Source: an uncultured delta proteobacterium (lineage in GTDB: Bacteria > Desulfobacterota > Binatia > DP-6). Taken from it: a stretch of DNA of 64,000 bases. The stretch's first letter is position 1. The number at the start of each line of letters is the position of its first letter. A model generated the notes under the pieces. That model worked only from the letters and a program-made list of their open reading frames with translations. It was not told the origin of the DNA and did not search any database. The translations under genes were made by a program, and so were the position numbers. The stretch covers positions 1,664,001-1,728,000 of the forward strand of contig CAWFFN010000009.1 in NCBI GenBank assembly GCA_963815115.1, read 5' to 3'. Below are positions 36,405 to 45,836 of this stretch, piece by piece.

Positions 36405-38510
36405 ATGCGGGTCTGGCCAGGTGCGCCACATCCCCTCGGCGCCACGTGGGACGGGGAGGGGGTCAACTTCGCGCTTTTCTCGGAGAACGCGACGGCGGTC
36501 GACCTGTGCCTGTACGCCGAGCCGGGAGACGCGCGCGAGACGCACCGCATCCCGCTGCGCGAGCGCGACGGCCTCGTGTGGCACGTCTATCTTCCCGATC
36601 TCCGCCCCGGCCAGCTCTATGGCTATCGCGTGCACGGCCCCTGGGCGCCCGAGCTCGGGCACCGCTTCAATCCGGCGAAGCTGCTCATCGATCCCTATGC
36701 CCGCGCGCTGAGCGGCCCCATCCAGTGGAGCGACGCGCTGCTCGGCCACGACGCCACCGACCCGCACGCGGACCTGGTCCCGGACCGGGCCGACAGCGCG
36801 GGCGCCGTGCCGAAGTGCATCGTGGCGGAGCCCACCTTCAGCTGGCGAGACGACCGCGCCCCGAGGACGCCGTGGAGCCGCACGGTGGTCTACGAGTGCC
36901 ACGTCGAGGGTCTCACCAAGCGGCACCCGGACATCCCCGAGGCGCTGCGCGGTACCTACCTCGGGCTCAGCATGGAGCCGATCCTCGAGCACCTGGTCGC
37001 GCTCGGCGTCACCGCCGTGGAGCTGATGCCGGTCCATCACGCCGTGACCGAACGGGCCCTCGCCGACCGCGGCCTCGACAACTACTGGGGCTACAACTCG
37101 ATCGCCTTCTTCGCGCCCGACCTGCGTTACGCCACGGGCCGACCGGGGAGCCAGGTCGCCGAGTTCAAGACCATGGTGAAGCGCCTGCACGGCGCGGGCA
37201 TCGAGGTGATCCTCGACGTGGTGTACAACCACACCGCCGAGGGGAACCACCTCGGCCCGACGCTCTCGCTGCGCGGCATCGACAACGTCGCCTACTACCG
37301 CCTCGTTCCCGAGGACCGCCGCCACTACGTCGACTTCACCGGGTGCGGCAACAGCCTCAACATGCTGCATCCGCGGACCATCCAGCTCATCATGGACAGC
37401 CTGCGCTACTGGGTGCTCGAGATGCACGTCGACGGCTTCCGTTTCGACCTCGCACCCGCGCTGGCCCGCGAGCTGTATGAGGTGAACCAGCTGGGCACCT
37501 TCTTCGACATCATCGCGCAGGACCCGGTGCTGTCGCAGGCGAAGCTCATCGCCGAGCCCTGGGACCTCGGCCCCGGCGGCTACCAGGTCGGCAACTTCCC
37601 GATCGGCTGGACGGAGTGGAACGGCAAGTACCGCGACACCGTCCGGCGCTTCTGGCGCGGCGACGACGGGCAGCTCGCCGAGCTCGGCTACCGCCTCACC
37701 GGGAGCAGCGATCTCTACGGGGCGACGTCACGCAGCCCGTACGCCAGCATCAACTTCGTCACCTGCCACGACGGCTTCACCCTGCGCGACCTGGTGAGCT
37801 ACGAGCACAAGCACAACGAAGCCAACGGGGAGGACAACCACGACGGCAGCGACGCCAACTGGAGCCACAACTGGGGCGTCGAGGGCGAGACCGAACGCGC
37901 GGAGGTGCAGCGCCTGCGCCAGCGCGCCGCGCGCAACCTGCTCGCGACCCTGGCCTTCTCGCAGGGCGTGCCCATGCTCAGCCACGGCGACGAGATCGGC
38001 CGCACGCAGCGCGGCAACAACAACGCCTACTGCCAGAACAACGAGATCAGCTGGGTACGGTGGCCGCCCGATGGCCCCGCCGAGGAGCTCCTCGCCTTCA
38101 CCCGTGAGGTGTTCGCGATCCGGCGCCGGCATCCGGTGCTCCGCCGGCGGAGCTTCTTCCGCGGCGCGCCGGTCTCGGGCGACGGCACCAAGGACGTCAC
38201 CTGGCTACGCCCCGACGGCGTCGAGATGACGGCCGAGGACTGGAGCCTGCCCGAGGCGCGCGTCCTCGGCATGCTGATCCACGGCGAGGCGAGCGACGAG
38301 ATCGACGACAAGGGGCGTCCCGTCGCCGGTGAGACCTTGCTGCTCCTGCTCAACGCGAGCCCCGGGCACTGTGCCTTCACCCTGCCTCGCCCGGGTGCGT
38401 GGCAGGAGGTCGTGCACACGGCGCACCCCGGCCGCCATGCGCGGGCGGCGAGGGCGTGCGAGCTGCCGCGCTGGTCGCTGGCGCTGCTGCGTCTCGGGGC
38501 GCTCACCTAG
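36405..38510 (+). CDS. glgX: Glycogen debranching enzyme
   Basis: GVNFALFS, NYWGY, DVVYNHT, DGFRFDLA, IAEPWD, CHDGFTL and GNNNAYCQ. Confidence 0.96.
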   Translation: MRVWPGAPHPLGATWDGEGVNFALFSENATAVDLCLYAEPGDARETHRIPLRERDGLVWHVYLPDLRPGQLYGYRVHGPWAPELGHRFNPAKLLIDPYARALSGPIQWSDALLGHDATDPHADLVPDRADSAGAVPKCIVAEPTFSWRDDRAPRTPWSRTVVYECHVEGLTKRHPDIPEALRGTYLGLSMEPILEHLVALGVTAVELMPVHHAVTERALADRGLDNYWGYNSIAFFAPDLRYATGRPGSQVAEFKTMVKRLHGAGIEVILDVVYNHTAEGNHLGPTLSLRGIDNVAYYRLVPEDRRHYVDFTGCGNSLNMLHPRTIQLIMDSLRYWVLEMHVDGFRFDLAPALARELYEVNQLGTFFDIIAQDPVLSQAKLIAEPWDLGPGGYQVGNFPIGWTEWNGKYRDTVRRFWRGDDGQLAELGYRLTGSSDLYGATSRSPYASINFVTCHDGFTLRDLVSYEHKHNEANGEDNHDGSDANWSHNWGVEGETERAEVQRLRQRAARNLLATLAFSQGVPMLSHGDEIGRTQRGNNNAYCQNNEISWVRWPPDGPAEELLAFTREVFAIRRRHPVLRRRSFFRGAPVSGDGTKDVTWLRPDGVEMTAEDWSLPEARVLGMLIHGEASDEIDDKGRPVAGETLLLLLNASPGHCAFTLPRPGAWQEVVHTAHPGRHARAARACELPRWSLALLRLGALT

Positions 38511-38579
38511 CCCCGCCGCGCGCGCCGTGGGGATCGCTTCGGTTGAGCCTGGCGACCCCGGCGCGCTATGGAAGGCGGG

Positions 38580-39509
38580 ATGGGGGATCTGCTCGCCGGC
38601 TGCGTCGCCGTGGTCACGGGCGCGGGACGCGGCATCGGTCGCGGTGTCGCGCTCGCGCTCGCGGCGGCCGGCGCCAGGGTGGTGGTCAACGACTTCGGCG
38701 TCGCCGTCGACGGCAGCACGCCGTCCTCGGGGCCGGCCTTCGACGTCGTCAAGGAGATCGAGGCCGCGGGCGGTGAAGCCGTCGCCAGCGGGGAGTCGGT
38801 TGCCGAGTTTGCGAGCGCCGGGCGCATCGTCGGCACGGCGCTCGAGCGCTTCGGCCAGCTCGACATCCTCGTCACCTGCGCCGGCATCCTTCGCGACCGC
38901 ATGATCTTCAACATGAGCGAGGAGGAGTGGGACGCGGTGCTCGGGGTGCATCTGAAGGGCACGTTCAACTGCGTGCGCCACGCCTGCACCCACATGCGCG
39001 AGCGGCGCTCCGGACGCATCATCACCTTCAGCTCCGGCTCGGGTCTGTTCGGCAACCCGGGGCAGGCCAACTACGGCGCCGCCAAGGCCGGCATCAGCGG
39101 TCTCACCAAGGTCGCGGCGCGCGACCTGGGCCGCTACGGCATCACGGTCAACGCCATCTGCCCGGTCGCCGGCACCCGCATGACCGTCACCGACGCGTAT
39201 CTGCGCGCCCGCGAGCTGCGCAAGCAGCAGGGCATCCAGCGCGAGGATCGCGGCACGGGGGAGATCGAGCACCTGGATCCCGACGACGTCGCCCCCATGG
39301 TGGTCTACCTGGCGAGCGCCTACGCGGCGAACGTGAACGGCCAGTTCTTCCTGTGCTACGGCGGCGCCGTCGCGCTCGTGTCGCAGCCCCGCCCGGTGCA
39401 GACGCTGTTCAAGCAGGGCGTGTGGACGCTCGACGACCTCGACCGGCTGGCACCCTCGACGGTGCTCCAGGGCGTCGGCAACCCGGCGCCGCCGAAGGAG
39501 CGTGACTGA
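38580..39509 (+). CDS. SDR-family oxidoreductase
   Basis: TGAGRGIG, VVVND, AGILRD and NYGAAK. Confidence 0.93.
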   Translation: MGDLLAGCVAVVTGAGRGIGRGVALALAAAGARVVVNDFGVAVDGSTPSSGPAFDVVKEIEAAGGEAVASGESVAEFASAGRIVGTALERFGQLDILVTCAGILRDRMIFNMSEEEWDAVLGVHLKGTFNCVRHACTHMRERRSGRIITFSSGSGLFGNPGQANYGAAKAGISGLTKVAARDLGRYGITVNAICPVAGTRMTVTDAYLRARELRKQQGIQREDRGTGEIEHLDPDDVAPMVVYLASAYAANVNGQFFLCYGGAVALVSQPRPVQTLFKQGVWTLDDLDRLAPSTVLQGVGNPAPPKERD

Positions 39510-40435
39510 TGGGTCAGCGACTGAAGGGACGCGCGGCGGTCGTCACCGGCGCCGGACGTGGCATCGGCCGGGCGATCGCCGAGCTGCTCGCGGCCGAGGG
39601 CGCCGCGGTGGTGGTGAACGACCTGGGCGGCAACGTCGACGGCACCGGCGCCGCGGCCACGGTCGCCGACGAGGTGGTGGCGGCCATCCGGGCCCGGGGC
39701 GGGACGGCGGTCGCCAACCACGACAGCGTCGCCGACTTCCGGGCCGCCGAGGCGATCGTCGACACCGCGGTCCGCGAGTTCGGTGCGATCGACGTCCTGG
39801 TGAACAACGCGGGCATCCTGCGCGACCGCATGCTGTTCAACATGAGCGAGGAGGACTGGGACGCCGTCATCGCGGTCCACTTGAAGGGCAGCTTCAACTG
39901 CATGCGGCACGCCGCGGTGCGCATGCGCGAACAGCGGCGAGGGCGGATCGTGTCGATGTCGTCCACCTCGGGCGTGTTCGGCAACTCGGGGCAGGCCAAC
40001 TACGGCGCTGCCAAGGACGGCATCGCGGGGCTGACGCGCGTCGCGGCGCGCGACCTCGGCAAGTACGGCATCACGGTCAACGCGGTGTGCCCGGGTGCCA
40101 GCACCCGCATGACGCAGACCGTACCCGACAGCGCGCGCGCCGCGCGGCAGAAACGTGGCATCGAGGGGCCGGGCGGCCAGCGCACCTTCCCGCTCGAGCA
40201 CACCGGTCCCGAGAACGTGGCGCCGTGGGTGGTCTATCTCGCCACCGACGCCGCCGCCCAGGTGAACGGCGAGGTGTTCTTCGTGATGGGCGGGCTGATC
40301 GCGCTGCTCAACTACCCGGCGCCGGTACGGACGATGCAGAAGGACGGGCGCTGGACGCCCGAGGAGATCGTGACGCTCTTCCCGCGCACGCTCGGGCTCG
40401 ATCTGGTGAACCCGGCGCCGCCGCGGGACGCCTAG
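39509..40435 (+). CDS. SDR-family oxidoreductase (tandem paralogue)
   Basis: TGAGRGIG, NNAGILRD and NYGAAK. TGATG coupling to the previous gene. Confidence 0.93.
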   Translation: MGQRLKGRAAVVTGAGRGIGRAIAELLAAEGAAVVVNDLGGNVDGTGAAATVADEVVAAIRARGGTAVANHDSVADFRAAEAIVDTAVREFGAIDVLVNNAGILRDRMLFNMSEEDWDAVIAVHLKGSFNCMRHAAVRMREQRRGRIVSMSSTSGVFGNSGQANYGAAKDGIAGLTRVAARDLGKYGITVNAVCPGASTRMTQTVPDSARAARQKRGIEGPGGQRTFPLEHTGPENVAPWVVYLATDAAAQVNGEVFFVMGGLIALLNYPAPVRTMQKDGRWTPEEIVTLFPRTLGLDLVNPAPPRDA

Positions 40436-40442
40436 ACCGGGC

Positions 40443-40718
40443 TCACGACGGCAGGGGTTCGGACTTCTTCACCGGACCCGGCGCGGCTCCCGCCTCCTCC
40501 TCCTGGTTGGCCTCCATCAGGGCGCGCAGGATGCGCTCCATGACGGTGATCTCGGTGTTCATGCTCATCAGGCTGTCCAGGGTGCCCGCCCAGTGCTCGT
40601 CCGGCGCGCTGTTGCCGTTCGACAGCACGGCAAGATGCTTCGCGGTGGTGAGCACGGCGTCGGACGCCAGCTTCAGGTGAACGGCCAGCTCGGTGAAGGT
40701 CTCGCGATCGATGATCAT
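40443..40718 (-). CDS. Hypothetical helical protein (91 aa)
   Basis: MIIDRETFTELAVHLKLASD... with coding-like codon use and a GAGG RBS. Confidence 0.75.
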   Translation of the reverse strand: MIIDRETFTELAVHLKLASDAVLTTAKHLAVLSNGNSAPDEHWAGTLDSLMSMNTEITVMERILRALMEANQEEEAGAAPGPVKKSEPLPS

Positions 40719-40746
40719 GCGCCTCGTGGCTCCTGGGCTACGCGGT

Positions 40747-40762
40747 AGCGAAACCGGTGCCA
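40747..40762 (-). promoter_or_regulatory. sigma54 -24/-12 promoter
   Basis: The minus strand reads TGGCACCGGTTTCGCT (GG-N10-GC), about 30 nt upstream of ATG 40718. Confidence 0.55.
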
Positions 40763-41009
40763 TTGCTCGCGGCCCCACCTCCTCCCGGGGGTGAAGCGCC
40801 GAGCGCCCGGCAGGGTTCCCCGGCAAGTGCCCAGGATAGCGGCCGTTCGCTCGCTTTCTCGGGATCTTGGCGCCATCCGTGCGGCCGGAGCGGATCACGG
40901 CGGCACGAGATGCGGGCGCCGCGCGATGTGTCATTTGCGGATGGAGTGGGTCCTTTTTGCCTTTGCGGGGCCGTGCATCCGCGCCGACTCGACGCAGGCG
41001 CGCAATCCG

Positions 41010-41465
41010 TCAGATCGCAGAGCGCATGGCGTCGGCTGCGCGCCACGCGATGACGCGCGCCGGCTCGATCCGCACCACCGGGTGCGCCGCTGTATCGTCC
41101 AGCGCCATCTCCCGGTACTGCGGATAGCGGGTGCGCAGCAGCCCGAGCGCAGAGGCGTGCTCGCTCGCCTCGGTCAGCTCCCGGGCCGGCCCCCGGACGA
41201 GCACCCAGGCCAGCCGCGTCCAGTCCTCGTCGTAGTCGTCCACCACCACGGCCGCGCGCGGGTTCGCGCGCAGGTTGCGCAGGCGCAGCAGATCGCGGGC
41301 CCTGCCGCGCTTGGGCTTCGCGTCCGCGACGAAATAGAGCGCCGTGTCGTCGAGCGCGTAGCACACCGGGATGACGTGCGGCACGCCATCCGCGCCCGCG
41401 GTAGCGAGGTGAGCGACGCGGTGCGCTTCAAGGAAGCGCCGCGTCTCGGCCGTCCAGGTCCCCAT
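41010..41465 (-). CDS. PPOX-class (F420/FMN split-barrel) protein, Rv0121-like
   Basis: VAHLAT, PHVIPVCY, DAKPK, RLRNLRANP and DDYDEDWTRL. Confidence 0.85.
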   Translation of the reverse strand: MGTWTAETRRFLEAHRVAHLATAGADGVPHVIPVCYALDDTALYFVADAKPKRGRARDLLRLRNLRANPRAAVVVDDYDEDWTRLAWVLVRGPARELTEASEHASALGLLRTRYPQYREMALDDTAAHPVVRIEPARVIAWRAADAMRSAI

Positions 41466-42462
41466 AGCGCACCTCGCGGCCCGCGAACTCGGCCTGCGCT
41501 TCCGCGACCAGCTCGCCGTAGCGCCCCTCGTACCGGGGCGAGAAGTGAAACACCTGCAACCGTCCCACCCGGGCTGCCCGGGCGAGCGCCCCGGCCTGGC
41601 GCGCGGTCAGGTGATAGCGCTTGCTCGCCTGCTCGAGATCGGAGTCGAGGAAGGGCGACTCGCAGAAGAATACGTCGGCACCCCGGGCCAGCCGTACGAT
41701 GCGAGCGGCATTGGCCGGGGAGAAGAGCACGTCGACCACGTAGGCGATCTTCTGCCCCGGCGTCATCAGGAGGAGCTCGTCGCGGAGCGCGCCGAGCGGT
41801 CGGGCGTCGCCGGGCGCAATCGCGATGGGCGTCTCGGGTGCGGCGCCGGCCCGAACCGCCGCCTTGAGCGCGTTCAGCCATGGGCCGGGACGGAGCCCGG
41901 CAGCAGCCAGCGCCTCGGGGCGGACGTTCAGGTGGCTGCGCTCGCTGACCGCGTAGCCCATCGACACGATCTTGTGGTCGAGCGGCGCCGCCTCGACGGT
42001 GAGCACGGCATCCTGGTGGCACACCCCCGTGAACGGCGTGCTCCCGAGCCGCTCGCGGGCGAAACGGCGGCACGCGGCGAACCGCCAGGTGTGCATCTCC
42101 GCGGCGTCGATCTCGATCACGTCGAGGGTGAAGGCGTACTCGTCGGTGAGGTTCCAGGTGTAGCCGGCGAGCTTTCCCTGCACGCAGTCGGCGATGCCCA
42201 CGGGGCCGAACAGGCGCAGCGTCCCCTCGCGCGCGAGGAAGAGGCGAAGCAGCTGGTCGAACCCCATGAAGTGGTCCATGTGGGCGTGCGACACGAACAC
42301 CGCCTCGATCGGCAGCAGGACGCCACCGGGCGTTCGATCGATACGTCCGAGGTCGATCAGGACGGCGCGCCCCTGCCAGCGCAGGGCCACGAGCAGCGCC
42401 GGATCGCCGGTCTGTCCGTTCAGCAGGCGCGGGCGGAGCGAGGATTTCGTCACGGTGGTCAT
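41428..42462 (-). CDS. RNase Z-like metallo-beta-lactamase fold protein
   Basis: NGQTGDP, SHAHMDHF, LDH, YHLTA and HFSPRY. Alternative start at 42480. Confidence 0.85.
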   Translation of the reverse strand: MTTVTKSSLRPRLLNGQTGDPALLVALRWQGRAVLIDLGRIDRTPGGVLLPIEAVFVSHAHMDHFMGFDQLLRLFLAREGTLRLFGPVGIADCVQGKLAGYTWNLTDEYAFTLDVIEIDAAEMHTWRFAACRRFARERLGSTPFTGVCHQDAVLTVEAAPLDHKIVSMGYAVSERSHLNVRPEALAAAGLRPGPWLNALKAAVRAGAAPETPIAIAPGDARPLGALRDELLLMTPGQKIAYVVDVLFSPANAARIVRLARGADVFFCESPFLDSDLEQASKRYHLTARQAGALARAARVGRLQVFHFSPRYEGRYGELVAEAQAEFAGREVRYGDLDGRDAALP

Positions 42463-42580
42463 TGTAGGGAGGGCCATCACGGGGTTCCACCCCGGGTGGA
42501 GCGTCTCGCAGTGGTCACTCGCGACGGATTCGCGCTATAGGCGCGCGGTGCGCGACCAGACGGGACGGGGCCCCGTGCGC

Positions 42581-42820
42581 TCAGCCCTGCATCACCTGCA
42601 GGACCTCGCTCATCGCCTCCGTCATCATCTCCTGCATGATCTCGCGCAGCGCCTTGTCGTTCGTCTCGAGCTTCGCCACCAGCTTCGACAGCACCGAGAA
42701 GTACGTCTCCTTCACCTCGGGGCTCATGGCACCGAGACGGCCGTCCATCGCCTTCACGAATCGCCGATGGGCGGCGACGATCAGGCGGTCGACGTCCTTC
42801 CCGAGCGGGTCCTGGCTCAT
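42581..42820 (-). CDS. Hypothetical helical protein (79 aa)
   Basis: MSQDPLGKDVDRLIVAAHRRFVKAM...EVLQVMQG with coding-like codon use. Confidence 0.7.
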   Translation of the reverse strand: MSQDPLGKDVDRLIVAAHRRFVKAMDGRLGAMSPEVKETYFSVLSKLVAKLETNDKALREIMQEMMTEAMSEVLQVMQG

Positions 42821-42832
42821 GGGGCCGCGAGT

Positions 42833-44359
42833 ATAGAGAGGCGTCTCGGAGCGATCAACGCAATCGCAGGTCTGCTGCTCGCGGCCGTTCCCGCCAGCGC
42901 TTCGCCCCTGCCGCCGTGGCTCCAGGTGAACGGGCGGCTCTACGGCCTCGCCATCGTCGACACCGGCGGCGGGCCGCGGCAGCGGCCCGAGGCGATCGGG
43001 TCCCTCGAGATCCAGGCGGCCCCCAGCCGCATGCTGCGCGGGTTGCTCGAGCTGCGCAGCCGGGTGGGCGGCCCCTTCGAAGGTGGTCCGGGACCGGGCC
43101 TCTACAACTTCGGCCACACCTTCCAGAACAACTCGCCGTCGCTCGAGGTGCGCCAGGCGTTCCTGGAATGGCGCGGCGGCCCCGCCGAGGTGCGCGCGGG
43201 AATCCAGACGGTCGCCTGGGGGAAGCTCGACGGGAGGCCCCCCACCGACGTCGTCAACCCGCGCGACTGGCACGATCCGCTGGTCGTGGACGAGTTCTTC
43301 GAGGAGCAGAAGATCGGCATCCCCGCGCTCCTCGGCACCTACTACCTGCCCGACGTCCCGCGCTTCGATCTGGGCGGATTGCGACTCGCGCTCGGGTGGC
43401 TGCCGTTTGCCGTCCCGCCGCGCCTGCCGCTCATCCTCGAGCGCTGGTTCCCGAGCGCGTTCGACGTTCCGTCCCGGCTGTGCGTCCCGTCGGCCGGCCT
43501 TCCGCCGGGGATCATGGCGGTCCAGGGGCGGTGCGGGCCGAACCAGCTGCGGGTGCTGAGCGACTTCGGCACCGCCAACCACCAGCCGCCGCGCACGTTC
43601 GAGGCGGGTGGCGTCGCGGCCCGGGTGAGCGGCACGTGGCACGGAGCCGACCTCGACCTCTACCACTACACCGGGCCCGAGACCGCGCCGGACGTCGCGC
43701 TCGATGCCGTGGTGTCGAGCCCGACGCTCGACCCCGTGGATGTCCGGGCGGCGGCCGCGCTCCGGCAGGAGCATCACGTCATGCACATGACCGGCGCCGA
43801 CGTGGCCCTCGCGCTCGGCGACGTCACCGTGCGCGCCGAGACGGCGTGGTTCGTGAACCACTCCTACCTGCGCTCGGTGGCGGACGTCATCGCTCCGCTC
43901 ACGGGACCCGCGGCGAAACCCATCGTCCAGCGCCTCGCGACGCAGATCGCGAACGGGAAGTCCCCCCGCGTTCCGCTGGGGCCGCTGTTCCCCGAGCTCG
44001 ACTCGGTCGAGTGGGGCATCGGCGCCGATACGCTGTGGCGCGGGTTGCAGCCCCTGCTCCAGCTGAACCAGATCGTCATCCTGGGAAGCGCGCCCCGGCT
44101 CCTCATCGCCGATCCCGAGACGCAGCTGTCGGGCACGCTCCGCCGCCGCTTCGCGGACGATCGGGTCGAGGTGGAGGTCCGGGGGCTGTGGGAGCTCGAG
44201 CGCGGCGCGGTCTATCTCTTCCCGCGCGTGTCCTATCTCGTGCGCGAGGGGTTGTGGCTGCGCGCCGGCTACCTCGTGGTCACGGGGACGCGCAACTCCC
44301 TGCTCGGCCAGTTCCGTGATAACGACGAGGTGGTCTTCCAGGCCCGCATGACCTTCTGA
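42833..44359 (+). CDS. Putative outer-membrane beta-barrel protein (DUF1302-like); start uncertain
   Basis: Signal-like GLLLAAVPASA, GIQTVAWGKLD, DVVNPRD, alternating beta-strands and a terminal Phe. Confidence 0.7.
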   Translation: MERRLGAINAIAGLLLAAVPASASPLPPWLQVNGRLYGLAIVDTGGGPRQRPEAIGSLEIQAAPSRMLRGLLELRSRVGGPFEGGPGPGLYNFGHTFQNNSPSLEVRQAFLEWRGGPAEVRAGIQTVAWGKLDGRPPTDVVNPRDWHDPLVVDEFFEEQKIGIPALLGTYYLPDVPRFDLGGLRLALGWLPFAVPPRLPLILERWFPSAFDVPSRLCVPSAGLPPGIMAVQGRCGPNQLRVLSDFGTANHQPPRTFEAGGVAARVSGTWHGADLDLYHYTGPETAPDVALDAVVSSPTLDPVDVRAAAALRQEHHVMHMTGADVALALGDVTVRAETAWFVNHSYLRSVADVIAPLTGPAAKPIVQRLATQIANGKSPRVPLGPLFPELDSVEWGIGADTLWRGLQPLLQLNQIVILGSAPRLLIADPETQLSGTLRRRFADDRVEVEVRGLWELERGAVYLFPRVSYLVREGLWLRAGYLVVTGTRNSLLGQFRDNDEVVFQARMTF

Positions 44360-44640
44360 TGCCCGTGCATCCCGACGTCGTCCCCATCGTCCTGTGCGTC
44401 CCGCGGCACGAGGTCGCCTACGTCAAGTTCGTCTTCGAGTCGTACGAGGGCGTCGCCGTGACCCGCACTCTCGACCGCCACGCCGCGCACGTCGTGGTGC
44501 TGGTCGCGCCCGACTTCGCCGCCGATGCCCGGCGGGTGATCGAGGCGCTGCACGCGGAGGGCGTCTGCGAGGAGATCGAGCCGCCCGCCGGCTTCGGAGG
44601 GGACTGGCTGGGACCCGAGCCCGACGACGGATCGTCGTGA
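44359..44640 (+). CDS. DUF4911-like small protein
   Basis: EVAYVKFVFESYEGVAVTRTLD. Confidence 0.75.
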   Translation: MPVHPDVVPIVLCVPRHEVAYVKFVFESYEGVAVTRTLDRHAAHVVVLVAPDFAADARRVIEALHAEGVCEEIEPPAGFGGDWLGPEPDDGSS

Positions 44641-44658
44641 GCGGGTCGCGGCGCGCGG

Positions 44659-45438
44659 TCAGGCTGCGGGCGCCTCGTCCTCGGGCTCGGAGGTCTCCGC
44701 GCCCGCCGCCGGGCGGGCGACCAGGTACGCGATCCCGATGCTCAGCGCGTAGAGCAGGAGCAGCGGCGTCGCCATCAGGAGCTGCGAGGCCACGTCCGGA
44801 CCCGGCGTCAGCACCGCCGCGACGATGAAGATGACGACGATGGCATAGCGCGCGGCCCCGATCATCATCTTGTGGGTGACGAGCCCGATGCGGGCGAGGA
44901 AGAACGTCACCACCGGCAGCTCGAAGGTCACGCCGAAGGCGAGCAGCATGCGCGAGGTGAAGGTGAGGTATTCGCTGACGCGGATCTGCGGGGAGATGCC
45001 GATCGAGGTGAACTCCTCCAGGAAGAAGTGGAAGGCGACCGGGAAGACGGCGTAGTAGCAGAAGGCGGCGCCCGCGATGAAGAAGAACGAGGCGGCGAGC
45101 GAGAAGGGCAGGGCGACGCGGCGCTCGCGCTCGTAGAGTCCGGGGGCGACGAACTGCCAGGCCTGGTAGAAGACCGCGGGGCTGGCCACGAAGACGCCGG
45201 CGACCGCGGATACCTTCAGCTTGGTGAAGAACGCGTCGGTGACGCCGGTGCCGATGACGAGCGCCTGCTCCGGCCGGATCGCCTGCAGGGGACGGATGAG
45301 AAACGCCACCAGAGGCTCGGCGAAGCCGTAGCAGGCGGCGAAGCCGACCGCGACGGCGAGCAGGCCGCGTATGAGCCGCGTGCGCAGCTCGTCCAGATGC
45401 GCGGTGAGCGGCATCCGCACATCGGCCTCGGCTCCCAT
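44659..45438 (-). CDS. tatC: Twin-arginine translocase subunit TatC
   Basis: MPLTAHLDELRTRL, WQFVAPGLY, FELP and AAVLTPGPD. Confidence 0.96.
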   Translation of the reverse strand: MGAEADVRMPLTAHLDELRTRLIRGLLAVAVGFAACYGFAEPLVAFLIRPLQAIRPEQALVIGTGVTDAFFTKLKVSAVAGVFVASPAVFYQAWQFVAPGLYERERRVALPFSLAASFFFIAGAAFCYYAVFPVAFHFFLEEFTSIGISPQIRVSEYLTFTSRMLLAFGVTFELPVVTFFLARIGLVTHKMMIGAARYAIVVIFIVAAVLTPGPDVASQLLMATPLLLLYALSIGIAYLVARPAAGAETSEPEDEAPAA

Positions 45439-45459
45439 GGCGTGGACGGAGGGAGCGGC

Positions 45460-45756
45460 TCAGGCGCGGCCGCTCGGCTCGCGGGGCGCTGCCGGGCCCT
45501 CGGGCGTCGCTGCGGTCGCCGGATCGTTCGGGACCGTCGCGGGCGGCGGCGCGGACTTGGTGCGCACGCGACGCTCGGTATCCTCGTCGAGCCGGACCTG
45601 GGCCTGGAACTCGTCCATGATCTCGCTCGACTGGCGGCGGAACTCGGCCATCGCCTTGCCGAGCGTGCGGGCCACCTCCGGGAGGCGCTTCGGCCCGAGC
45701 ACGATCAGCGCGATCACGAGAATCACGACCAGCTCGGGCATGCCGACGCCGAACAT
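45460..45756 (-). CDS. tatB: TatA/TatB family subunit
   Basis: MFGVGMPELVVILVIALIVLGPKRLPEVAR, adjacent to tatC. Confidence 0.85.
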   Translation of the reverse strand: MFGVGMPELVVILVIALIVLGPKRLPEVARTLGKAMAEFRRQSSEIMDEFQAQVRLDEDTERRVRTKSAPPPATVPNDPATAATPEGPAAPREPSGRA

Positions 45757-45836
45757 CGAGCCGAGCGTAGGTCAAGGACCAGAGGGTGTCAATTTGACGG
45801 TGTGCGGGATTCGCGAGCGTCTGGTAGAACTCCGTC

